From positions 487,159-551,158 of the forward strand of contig CAWBPM010000002.1 in assembly GCA_963790825.1 (NCBI GenBank): a stretch of DNA of 64,000 nt, given 5' to 3'. Both the position numbers and the translations under genes were made by a program. Origin of the DNA: Candidatus Levyibacteriota bacterium (lineage in GTDB: Bacteria; Patescibacteriota; Microgenomatia; Levybacterales; UBA12049). The notes beneath the pieces were generated by a model. That model was not told the DNA's origin, did not search any database, and saw only the letters and a program-made list of their open reading frames with translations. Shown here piece after piece: positions 33,390-42,186 of the stretch. The stretch's first letter is position 1; each line of letters opens with the position of its first letter.

Positions 33390-34514
33390 CTATTTTATAA
33401 CTACTCTTCTCGTTGAGGAAGCGAGATGGACTAAGAGTTCGTAGGGAATCGTCCCGCAGATTCGGGCAGCTTGAAGAATAGAGTTTTTATTTTGATTATT
33501 AGAGGAATAGACAGTAACTTTTTGTCCCACAAAGGGATTTTTAACATCGGTTATATCAATGGTTGTAATATTCATACTAACCCTCCCCACAATTTTACAA
33601 GCCACATTACCTATATAAACAAATCCTTTATTTGATAATCGAATATCTACACCATCATTGTAGCCGATCGGTAAAACACCGATCTTCATTTCCGAGTTTG
33701 CTGTATAGGTAAAGTCATATCCCACTTTTTCTCCTCGATGCAAACTTTTTATTTGTACTAAGGTCGTCGTCAAGGTAAGTACTGGCTGTAACTTATCAAT
33801 TTGCTTGTAACTAATTCCGTACAGTGCCAAACCAACTCTGGCAACATTTCCTGTGTTAGCCAAAATTTCCCGGTTACTAATACCGTCCGACGCTGTAAGA
33901 TGTATCCACGTCGGTACTATCCCCTCTTCTCTCAGGATATTTTTTGCTTTTTCAAACTCGACCAATTGTTTTTTAGTCAGAAGATCTTTTGGCTTTCCTG
34001 CTACTGCAAGATGCGACATCAAACCTTCAATCCGAATATTTGGCAATAACTTTAAATGGCGAACAAACGCTCGAAGATGGGAAACGGGAATTCCTTCCCG
34101 ATGCATGCCGGTATCAACAAATATATGAACCTTAGATCCTGGCTGATATTGACTTAATGCTTTCGCAGATTCTCTATCGTATAATGCGTAAGAAAAAGGT
34201 AATTTTTTTACCTGCACATTTTCCGGCTTCACATACCCCATGATAAGAATCGGGGTTTTTATTCCTGCCTTTACTAGCTCATATCCTTCATATAAACTGT
34301 TAACACAAAAAAATGGCGGATGTTCGAGATCCAAGATTTTTGCAACTTGGACTAACCCATGTCCATAGGCATTACTTTTCAAAACAGGAGCAATTTTCCA
34401 AGTAGGCCGCAGGGATAAAAGATAGTGATAGTTATGAAGAAGACGAGACTGAGATATTTCAATAGTATTAAGCGGCTGGCAAGAAGTAAGCACGTGCTTT
34501 AGTATTTTTTGCAT
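33390..34514 (-). CDS. alr: Alanine racemase
   Basis: VLKSNAYGHG (PLP Lys), DTGMHREG, VGYD, PIGYNDG, GRVSMN, TIPYE. Confidence 0.95.
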   Translation of the reverse strand: MQKILKHVLTSCQPLNTIEISQSRLLHNYHYLLSLRPTWKIAPVLKSNAYGHGLVQVAKILDLEHPPFFCVNSLYEGYELVKAGIKTPILIMGYVKPENVQVKKLPFSYALYDRESAKALSQYQPGSKVHIFVDTGMHREGIPVSHLRAFVRHLKLLPNIRIEGLMSHLAVAGKPKDLLTKKQLVEFEKAKNILREEGIVPTWIHLTASDGISNREILANTGNVARVGLALYGISYKQIDKLQPVLTLTTTLVQIKSLHRGEKVGYDFTYTANSEMKIGVLPIGYNDGVDIRLSNKGFVYIGNVACKIVGRVSMNITTIDITDVKNPFVGQKVTVYSSNNQNKNSILQAARICGTIPYELLVHLASSTRRVVIK

Positions 34515-34586
34515 AGACTAAATAGATTAAGAAACAGATTTTTTAAGCAATCGCTCCAGATATTTTTTTAGTTAGCAAATGTTATT

Positions 34587-35930
34587 CTAATCCCCATATT
34601 CCTGGCGAGACTGGTCGGCTGTTTTATCGACTCCGTAAAACCTGATTCGGTCTCCTCTAAACAGAAGGTCGATTTCTCCTGTCGGACCGTTTCGGTGTTT
34701 GGCAATTAAAAGTTTGGTCGGAATATTGCCGGTGGTTATTTCCGCTTCCGGACGATAAATAAACATTACCACATCCGCATCCTGCTCAATTGTTCCCGAC
34801 TCCCTAAGATCGGCGAGTTGCGGCCGGCGTTCTCCCCTATGCTCTACTGCACGAGACAATTGGGAAGCTGAAAGCACCGGGACTTTTAATTCCCTTGCCA
34901 GGTTTTTTAAAGACTGGGAAATGATCGCAACTTCCTGTACCCTGTTATCATACCTGCGTCCGGGATCGATGAGTTGAAGATAGTCAACGATGATTATTCC
35001 CACCCCATGTTCGATTTGCAACCTGCGCGCTTTACTTCGCATCTCCATAAGGTTAAGCCCGGGCGTATCATCTATAAAAATCGGCGCGTCGGCTAATTGC
35101 CCCATGGCTTCTGATAATTTGGTAAAGTCATCTTCCGATAACTTTCCTGTTTTAAGCCGCCATGCATCTACGTCAGCTTGAGAGACGAGGAAACGATCCA
35201 CCAGCTCTTCTTTGCTCATTTCCAAAGAAAAGATACCAACCGGAATTTTTTCCTTTATTGCCATAGACTGGGCCATATTAAGCAAAATCGCGGTTTTTCC
35301 TTGTCCCGGTCTGGCTGCCAGAATAAGTAAGTTTGACTTTTGCATACCGGAAAGCATATTGTCGAGGTCTGTAAATCCCGTTCTCACGCCGCGAAGTCCG
35401 GATCCCTTTTTATGCAGCTCGTCAATGCGATCAAAACTTTCCGTCAGGCTTTCTTTGATCGGAATAAAACCACGAGAGATATGACCCTGAGAGATGGAAA
35501 AAATTGCCGATTCTGCCTTATCGAGAAGATCTTTGACCTCCCGTCCGTCTTCAAAACCCATTTCCGCAATTTCCGAGCTGGCTTGGATAAGAAAACGTTT
35601 GGTTGCGGATTCTTTCACAAGCTCGGCATAATACTCAATATTCGCTGCCGTCGGGACAATATTCACGAGCTCTGCCAAATATGACGAGTCAATATTCTTA
35701 TGTTCTTTCCTTTTTTTAAGTTCCGAGGTAAGCGTGAGCAGGTCGATTGGCTTTCGGTGTTCGACAAGTGTCAACATCGCGTCATAAATAATTGCAAGGG
35801 CATCATTGTAAAAATGCTTGGGGCGGAGCGATTCCGAGACAACATGAATCGCGTCTTTATCAATCAGGATTGCGCCTATAACACTCTGTTCTGCTATATC
35901 GTTGTGAGGGAGAACTCGCAAATTGGCCAT
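34587..35930 (-). CDS. dnaB: Replicative DNA helicase
   Basis: AEQSVIGA, ARPGQGKT, FSLEM, VDYLQL, SQLSR, LRESGTIEQDAD, KHRNGP. Confidence 0.97.
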   Translation of the reverse strand: MANLRVLPHNDIAEQSVIGAILIDKDAIHVVSESLRPKHFYNDALAIIYDAMLTLVEHRKPIDLLTLTSELKKRKEHKNIDSSYLAELVNIVPTAANIEYYAELVKESATKRFLIQASSEIAEMGFEDGREVKDLLDKAESAIFSISQGHISRGFIPIKESLTESFDRIDELHKKGSGLRGVRTGFTDLDNMLSGMQKSNLLILAARPGQGKTAILLNMAQSMAIKEKIPVGIFSLEMSKEELVDRFLVSQADVDAWRLKTGKLSEDDFTKLSEAMGQLADAPIFIDDTPGLNLMEMRSKARRLQIEHGVGIIIVDYLQLIDPGRRYDNRVQEVAIISQSLKNLARELKVPVLSASQLSRAVEHRGERRPQLADLRESGTIEQDADVVMFIYRPEAEITTGNIPTKLLIAKHRNGPTGEIDLLFRGDRIRFYGVDKTADQSRQEYGD

Positions 35931-35948
35931 ATGAAATTACATTGGAAG

Positions 35949-36464
35949 TTACGTCAGTAAAACTGTTTCAACCTCCGAAGGCATTTTGTCAAAAAAAATC
36001 TGGTACTTATTCATTTTCTTAAGCTTATCCTTAGCTAGCGTCTGTGCCATTACTGCTCCTTGTTCACCGTAAAAAAGCAGGGCATTACTTGCCAGACCCG
36101 AAGCAAAAGCAGCGTCTCTCGGACTGTCCGCCAGGAGAAGCGCGACATGGTGTTCCTGCAACTTCTGATATATTTTCTCGACTTCTGTTATTTTTCCAAT
36201 CAAAATACTGATGTTGTCAATTGTGAGACTATAAATTGTTTCTGTTTCGTTTTGAATACCTACTATTTTAATTCCGCCCGTCTCATACTCTCCGGGACCT
36301 TCAATAGTAACAATGTCCTCCCGAATTTTTAATAAATTCTTGTCCAAATTACCCAATATAATAGCGGCATTGGTTACTGAAGTTTTTTCCAGAGGATTAA
36401 TAGTAACAGCAGCATGTTTACCCCGAAGTTTGATTGAGTTTGGCCCGAGTAACGTAATCTCCAT
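35949..36464 (-). CDS. Degenerate metallo-beta-lactamase-fold-like protein
   Basis: N-terminal MEITLLG..SIKLRGK and IEGPGEYETGG; no HxHxDH metal motif. Confidence 0.55.
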   Translation of the reverse strand: MEITLLGPNSIKLRGKHAAVTINPLEKTSVTNAAIILGNLDKNLLKIREDIVTIEGPGEYETGGIKIVGIQNETETIYSLTIDNISILIGKITEVEKIYQKLQEHHVALLLADSPRDAAFASGLASNALLFYGEQGAVMAQTLAKDKLKKMNKYQIFFDKMPSEVETVLLT

Positions 36465-36574
36465 GCAGACATACTACCACACGGGCCGTTCCCTTGACAA
36501 GAGTTATGCTTTGGCGTAATATCAAAAACAGTTCTTGAGAAAGATACTACTTCCAATATATAATCAACTAGCCG

Positions 36575-37003
36575 ATGAAAGCTGAAAAATTTATTCTTTC
36601 TGTTATTGCAATTCTTATAGGTTTACTTGCCGCAGGCGGCATATTTTACGTTTATCAAATGATGAGAGTCGTTCCTAATAAAACAAAGACTATTGCCATG
36701 AAGCACGTAATACCTACTCCGACTCCTGATTTAAACAATTTTCTAACGGTCGATAACCCCGCAGATGAATCGGTAACAAGTAGTAAGACGCTTTCTATAT
36801 CTGGGAAAACCGTAAGCAGCGCAACTGTTCTCGTCGACTCAGACAGCAATGACGAAGTTGCTACTCCTGCAAGTAACGGCAATTTTACACTTACCATTCC
36901 TCTTGACGATGGCACGAGCCTTATTCATATTACGGCGATTTTTAAAAATGGTGATGAAAAACAAATAACAAGGACAGTAACTTTTTCAAGCGAAAGTTTT
37001 TAA
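36575..37003 (+). CDS. Membrane-anchored Ig-like domain protein
   Basis: TM, PTPTP linker, P.D.SV..ISGKT..NGNF...L.DG...I.ITA pattern. Confidence 0.7.
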   Translation: MKAEKFILSVIAILIGLLAAGGIFYVYQMMRVVPNKTKTIAMKHVIPTPTPDLNNFLTVDNPADESVTSSKTLSISGKTVSSATVLVDSDSNDEVATPASNGNFTLTIPLDDGTSLIHITAIFKNGDEKQITRTVTFSSESF

Positions 37004-37004
37004 T

Positions 37005-37838
37005 ATGAAAAAAATTATTTCTATTACTATTTTATTCGCCGCAGGTACTTTTCTGCCAAGTCTTCCGGTCTTTGCCGTTTCTATAACACCCACAACTCAT
37101 GCAAATTCGCCGACAGCGGTACAAAAGCAAAATACATTAGACAACCAAATTAATGAATTGAAAGATAAAATCGCTTCACGAGTGGCACAGCTGAAACTGG
37201 TGGAAAAGCGGGGAATCATAGGAACGGTTACCGCTGTCTCTCCTGTTCAAATTACCGTCAATGATCTGCAGGGTAATACCGTTTTTATCGACGTCGATGA
37301 TATAACTCAATTTTCCTCCCCCGGTCAGAGCACTTCATTTGGGATTTCGGATATAACCAAGGGCATGAGGATAAGCGTGTTGGGTACATATAACAAAGAC
37401 TCAGAGAGAATACTCGCCCGTTTTGTCGATGTTATTATTCTTTCTCAATTTGTCTCGGGAGAAGTAAGCAGTATTGATAAAGTAAACTATCAGTTTAAGT
37501 TAACTTTGTCCGGCAATAAACAGGTACTTATTGATGTTGAAAATGTAACAAGGACTTTTTCCTATACAAACAGCGATACGAATTTAGTAAGGTCGGGTTT
37601 TTCCAAAGTTACTTTAGGAGAACGGGCATACGTTATAGGCTATCCTGATAAAAAAACGCCGAGCATGATTGTCGCGACGAGAATTCTTCTCTTTCCTGAT
37701 CTTCCACAAAATCCTAATATCCCGCTTTCTTTGATTGAAAACAGCCCTACACCTACGTCTTCACCAACTCCCGTGCTAAAAAAATCAACCCGTCCAACGC
37801 CCACTCCGATTAAATCGAAACCGACAACAAGTTATTAA
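37005..37838 (+). CDS. Secreted protein with two OB-fold/DUF5666-like repeats and a PT-rich tail
   Basis: Signal peptide, coiled coil, two G.V..(I/V)D....T.F....G..V.G..A..I repeats. Confidence 0.7.
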   Translation: MKKIISITILFAAGTFLPSLPVFAVSITPTTHANSPTAVQKQNTLDNQINELKDKIASRVAQLKLVEKRGIIGTVTAVSPVQITVNDLQGNTVFIDVDDITQFSSPGQSTSFGISDITKGMRISVLGTYNKDSERILARFVDVIILSQFVSGEVSSIDKVNYQFKLTLSGNKQVLIDVENVTRTFSYTNSDTNLVRSGFSKVTLGERAYVIGYPDKKTPSMIVATRILLFPDLPQNPNIPLSLIENSPTPTSSPTPVLKKSTRPTPTPIKSKPTTSY

Positions 37839-37841
37839 TTC

Positions 37842-38936
37842 ATGAAAAACCGGCTGCAAACACTTCGCACTATCCTGCAGCGAAACAATCTTGATGCAAT
37901 TCTTATTTCTTCGCCAATGCATATTCTCTACCTGACTGAATATCCAGGATTTTCCGAGATTGAACGCGAGGCTTTTATCCTAATGACAAAAATAAAGAAT
38001 TACTTGATTACCGACGCACGGTATACTGAGCAGGTCAAAAAAGAAGCATCTTCTTTTGGGATTCTTGAAAGGGGTCAACAAAATTCCACGTTTAAATTAC
38101 TGCAAGAAATTATTAACAATGAAAAAATAAAAATTCTTGGCTTTGAAGCGGAAAATTTGACCGTCGCGGAATACAAGACATTTAAAAAAGTTGGTGTAAA
38201 ATTCAAGCCCGTTAGTTTAAGAGAATTAAGAAGCAATAAAACAAAACAGGAAATAGAAGCTATTCAAAAAGCCTGCAAAATCGGAGACAACGCATTTACT
38301 TTTATTATAAAACAAATTCATGAATCGGTAACTGAAAAAGAACTGGCATACAAATTGGAAAATTTCATGCGCCAACAGGGTGCCGAGCCGTCATTTGCAA
38401 GTATTGTCGCCTTCGGTCCAAATGCTGCCATTCCCCATCATCACGGCGGAAACACAAAATTGAAAAAGAATCAATTTGTGTTATTTGATTTCGGCGTCAA
38501 AGTAGATAACTACTGTTCCGATATGTCGCGGACTGTTTATTTCGGAAAACCAACAGATGAAGAAGTAAAGGCTTATCAAACGGTTCTAATAGCGCAGCAA
38601 AAAGCAGAAGAGTATATTACTACAAAGTTAAAAAATAAAAGATCTAAGAAAGCATATGCAGGAGAAACAGACGGAATTGCAAGAAAATATATCGTCTCAC
38701 AAGGATTTCCCTCTTTCCCCCATTCACTTGGTCATGGCATTGGACTAGAGGTCCATGAGGCACCTTCCCTTTCTCCCCGATCTAAAAATACGCTTACCGA
38801 AGGAATGGTATTCACCATCGAACCGGGAATTTATATACCTGGCAAATTCGGCGTAAGAATCGAAGATGATTATATAATTGAAAACAATAAGTTAATACAG
38901 CTTACGCAATCACCCAAAAACCTCATCAAAATCTAA
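37842..38936 (+). CDS. Xaa-Pro aminopeptidase (M24B)
   Basis: LITDARY, PHH, DFG..YCSDMSRT, HSLGHGIGLEVHE, TIEPGIY, GVRIED. Confidence 0.94.
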   Translation: MKNRLQTLRTILQRNNLDAILISSPMHILYLTEYPGFSEIEREAFILMTKIKNYLITDARYTEQVKKEASSFGILERGQQNSTFKLLQEIINNEKIKILGFEAENLTVAEYKTFKKVGVKFKPVSLRELRSNKTKQEIEAIQKACKIGDNAFTFIIKQIHESVTEKELAYKLENFMRQQGAEPSFASIVAFGPNAAIPHHHGGNTKLKKNQFVLFDFGVKVDNYCSDMSRTVYFGKPTDEEVKAYQTVLIAQQKAEEYITTKLKNKRSKKAYAGETDGIARKYIVSQGFPSFPHSLGHGIGLEVHEAPSLSPRSKNTLTEGMVFTIEPGIYIPGKFGVRIEDDYIIENNKLIQLTQSPKNLIKI

Positions 38937-38939
38937 TGC

Positions 38940-38984
38940 TTGACTTTATCTTAGTAAAGTGATATACTTTATCGTACTAAAGTA
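38940..38984 (+). promoter_or_regulatory. Sigma70 promoter overlapped by two tandem 20-bp HisR-like operators
   Basis: TTGACT(38940-45)-N17-TATACT(38963-68) with TG extension; palindromes GACTTTATCTTAGTAAAGTG (38942-61) and TACTTTATCGTACTAAAGTA (38965-84). Confidence 0.85.
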
Positions 38985-39313
38985 TGAAAGCGGACAAAAA
39001 AATACAGTCATTATATAAAGCAATTCTTTTTTTGAGAGATGAAAAGGAATGCCGCAGGTTCTTTAGAGACCTCTTAACTGAGGCTGAAATTAAGGAATTT
39101 GCTGCTCGTTGGAGAGTCGCACAAATGCTAGAGGACAAAGTTGATTATGAGACAATTACGAAAGAAACCGGTATGAGCTCAACGACAATTGCCCGAATCA
39201 ATAAATGGTTAAATAGCGGAATGGGCGGATATAAACTTATGCTAAAAAGAATAAATAAAACAAATAAAAAAATAAACGCAAATCATCATCACTCCCCTTT
39301 CGTGGCGGAGTGA
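38984..39313 (+). CDS. TrpR-family YerC/YecD (HisR-type) repressor ending in a His-His-His tail
   Basis: ECRRFFRDLLTEAEI...RWRVAQML...Y..I...TGMSSTTIARINKWL..G.GGY; C-terminus NHHHSPFVAE. Confidence 0.9.
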   Translation: MKADKKIQSLYKAILFLRDEKECRRFFRDLLTEAEIKEFAARWRVAQMLEDKVDYETITKETGMSSTTIARINKWLNSGMGGYKLMLKRINKTNKKINANHHHSPFVAE

Positions 39314-39386
39314 TTGTTTTGGTTTTAGTTAAAGAGTAAACAAGAAGTCAAACAAAAATAATCACCCCGCCAAGCGGGGTTTTTTT
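39284..39386 (+). promoter_or_regulatory. Histidine-type ribosome-dependent transcription attenuator
   Basis: CAT-CAT-CAC at 39284-92; 1:2 stem ATCACTCC/GGAGTGAT; 2:3 antiterminator 39304-25 with 39350-71 (20/22 paired); 3:4 terminator. Confidence 0.82.
39364..39386 (+). terminator. Intrinsic terminator (attenuator 3:4 hairpin)
   Basis: ACCCCGC-CAA-GCGGGGT followed by TTTTTT. Confidence 0.85.
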
Positions 39387-39776
39387 GTGGAAAAAATACA
39401 AAGACAATTGATATTTGATTTTTACAACACGTTATATAACCCTCAGACAGGGAGACTCTTCTGTGGAGTAATATCGTACTTGGAGAAAAGCAAAAAAGCA
39501 AATTTGTTGGTTTTAATTACAGCCGGCGGCAGTAAGAGGCGGAATTTAATCAGTTCGTTAAAGATTAATAAATACTTCTCTCAGATTATTATTTGTAAGA
39601 AAAAATCCGTGCAAGTATTTGAAAGCGCTATTGGTAAGAAATTACCAGCAATAATTATCGGCGACCGACAAGATGAGGAAATTGTAATAGCAAAATATCT
39701 AAACATTAGTTACATCATTGTTAATCCGCTTTTAGAAAATCCAATAAAAACAATCGAAAGGAAGTTATCAATATGA
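39387..39776 (+). CDS. Minimal capless HAD-superfamily hydrolase
   Basis: LIFDFYNTL (motif I), VLITAG (II), KK (III), IIGDRQDEEI (IV); GTG start directly after the terminator T-tract. Confidence 0.7.
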   Translation: MEKIQRQLIFDFYNTLYNPQTGRLFCGVISYLEKSKKANLLVLITAGGSKRRNLISSLKINKYFSQIIICKKKSVQVFESAIGKKLPAIIIGDRQDEEIVIAKYLNISYIIVNPLLENPIKTIERKLSI

Positions 39777-40858
39777 TAAACGAAAAATTTGAATCACGAT
39801 ATAGGACCGAGCAGCCTTATTTGGAGCAGACGAGACAATGGCAGGATACTATGCGTTATCAATACTCTCCTGAAAATTATCTTGTTAAAAAAGAGCAGCT
39901 CCAAGACCTAGGTGAGTGTGGTAATTTGGTAGCGGAATTACTCAAAGAGAAATTTGGGGATCGAGTACTTTGTTTCCGAATTGATTATGTTACTGACCGT
40001 AAGGGTAAATTGTTTATGACCGAGGTGCAAACAGATGATCGCGGCTTCCCTGCAATGGCAATCGCCCGAAACGCGCGAGGAAGAACCTCCGCTTTCCCCG
40101 GTGTCATTGAACCGTTTATGAAGAACATGCAAACAACAGCAAATAAGAAAGACCCAGATCTTCTTATCAGCTTTCCTGATGAAGAAGCTTTTTATTATTC
40201 CGGATTTTATGACGTCGGAAAGATGCTTTGGAGTGTTAATCCGAGAGCGACGGTTGTCGTATCTCCCAGGTCCATGCTTTCTGCTAAAGATAACCAGGTT
40301 CTCGTCAGCAATAACCGCAGATCTTTTTGCATGGAACCGGATTTAATTTGGGATTTTTCTCAAACCTTGACAATTCCGGGAAAAAATATTCAACCCGTGG
40401 TAAATAAACAGTCTCTTTTAGATGTATGGCAAAAAGATTCTTCTCTTAACCGAGAACTTAGACAGTTTATTCCGGAAACGATGCAAACAGATAACCTGCG
40501 TGTCTGTCTGGGAAAAGACCAATGGGTTCTAAAACCGATTGACGGTCGCTGGAGTAAAGGCGTGGTATTTGGAGAAAATACTCAACAAACGGTGTGGGAA
40601 CAATCGCTCAGAGAACCGAATATTCTGGCGCAGCGATACATAAACCCCCGGCGAGAAATGTACTATACGCGGAGAAAAAACGGAAATTATATTCCTTTCG
40701 GTTACTTTACCCGGGTTGAAGGTTACTATTCAACAAACTCCGAAGAGACAAAATTGGCTGACGTATTAGTTACTGCCACTTACGATATGCCGGTACACGG
40801 CAAAAGGGATTGTATCATGATACCCGGTAAGGCTAGAAAGAATTATGTGGTACAATAA
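39773..40858 (+). CDS. Circularly permuted ATP-grasp (glutathionylspermidine-synthase-like) putative amide ligase
   Basis: N-terminal FRIDY...LFMTEVQTD, C-terminal WVLKP.DGRWSKGVVFG and LAQRYI; ATGA overlap with the HAD gene. Confidence 0.65.
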   Translation: MINEKFESRYRTEQPYLEQTRQWQDTMRYQYSPENYLVKKEQLQDLGECGNLVAELLKEKFGDRVLCFRIDYVTDRKGKLFMTEVQTDDRGFPAMAIARNARGRTSAFPGVIEPFMKNMQTTANKKDPDLLISFPDEEAFYYSGFYDVGKMLWSVNPRATVVVSPRSMLSAKDNQVLVSNNRRSFCMEPDLIWDFSQTLTIPGKNIQPVVNKQSLLDVWQKDSSLNRELRQFIPETMQTDNLRVCLGKDQWVLKPIDGRWSKGVVFGENTQQTVWEQSLREPNILAQRYINPRREMYYTRRKNGNYIPFGYFTRVEGYYSTNSEETKLADVLVTATYDMPVHGKRDCIMIPGKARKNYVVQ

Positions 40859-40870
40859 AGGTAATCTATT

Positions 40871-42136
40871 ATGAATATACAAACACTTAAAGGATTCAGA
40901 GACTTTCTGCCTACTGAGGCGAGGAAACGGCAGTATATGATTGATAAGATCAGAACTGTCTTTACTTCGTTTGGTTTTGAACCATTAGAGACACCGGCTC
41001 TCGAATACGAAGAACTCCTGATGGGAAAATATGGTGACGAGGGAGATAAGCTGATGTACCGTTTTGAAGATAACGGAAAACGCCGCGTGGCTATGCGCTA
41101 TGATCAGACTGTTCCTCTCGCTCGTGTAGTAGCAGAATATGGTTCGGCAAGCTCGCCACAAGGCCAACCTCTTTTACCGATGCCGTTTAAACGCTACCAG
41201 ATTCAGCCGGTCTGGCGCGCAGATAAACCGCAAAAAGGGCGTTTCAGAGAATTTTTGCAATGCGATTGTGATACGGTGGGCGTCGACACTCCCCTTTCCG
41301 ATGCGGAACTCCTAGTAGTTGCCGGTAAAACAATTGAAAGTCTCAGTTTTTCAAATTTCAAAATTCTTATTAATGACCGGAATATTTTCCGTGGACTTAT
41401 TCAAGATCCGAAACAAGGATTAAAAGAAGAAGAATTGCCTGCCGTAATCCGGGCAATTGATAAGCTGAAAAAAAATGGTGAAGAAAAAGTTCTGGAAGAG
41501 ATGGTAGAAAATGGCTTAGCGAAAGACAAAGCAGCATATATTTTACAAACCCTGCAAAATCAGGAACCGACTATGCGCCTAAAAATTATTTTTCACTTCA
41601 TAAAAAAGATGGGGTTAAAACCGGAACAATTCGTATTCCTTCCGACTTTAGCCCGGGGACTCGACTATTACACCGGTCTTATTTTTGAAATAGAAATTGA
41701 CGGATACAGCGCAGGCTCAGTAGGTGGAGGCGGAAGATATAATAATTTGATTGGGGTTTTTGCAGGAAAACCGATACCAGCTGTCGGGTTCGCATTAGGT
41801 TTCGATCGACTACTTGATGCTATGGAGGAACAGAATCTTTTTCCTGAAAATTTACAAACAACCAAAGTTCTGCTGACTATTTTTAATATGAATTTTGAAG
41901 ACAAAGCAGTTGAAGTATTTTCCTATCTTCAATCAAATGGGATCAACTGTGAACTCTATTCTGACAGCAATGCGAAAATGGAAAAGCAATTAAAATATGC
42001 AGATCAAAAACAAATTCCCTATGTTTTACTCCTTGGCTCTGATGAAGTGGAAAAAAATATTGTGACAATTAAAAATATGAGGACAAGAGAGCAAAAACAA
42101 CTGGCTGTTAAGGATCTACTTAAATATTTATCATAA
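40871..42136 (+). CDS. hisS: Histidine--tRNA ligase
   Basis: KGFRD, ETPALE, RYDQTVP, WRADKPQKGRFREF, ARGLDYYTG, GGGRY, GFALGFDR. Confidence 0.97.
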   Translation: MNIQTLKGFRDFLPTEARKRQYMIDKIRTVFTSFGFEPLETPALEYEELLMGKYGDEGDKLMYRFEDNGKRRVAMRYDQTVPLARVVAEYGSASSPQGQPLLPMPFKRYQIQPVWRADKPQKGRFREFLQCDCDTVGVDTPLSDAELLVVAGKTIESLSFSNFKILINDRNIFRGLIQDPKQGLKEEELPAVIRAIDKLKKNGEEKVLEEMVENGLAKDKAAYILQTLQNQEPTMRLKIIFHFIKKMGLKPEQFVFLPTLARGLDYYTGLIFEIEIDGYSAGSVGGGGRYNNLIGVFAGKPIPAVGFALGFDRLLDAMEEQNLFPENLQTTKVLLTIFNMNFEDKAVEVFSYLQSNGINCELYSDSNAKMEKQLKYADQKQIPYVLLLGSDEVEKNIVTIKNMRTREQKQLAVKDLLKYLS

Positions 42137-42186
42137 CTTCACACGAGCTTGACAACCCATGATTATAGGATATAATACAGATTAGT

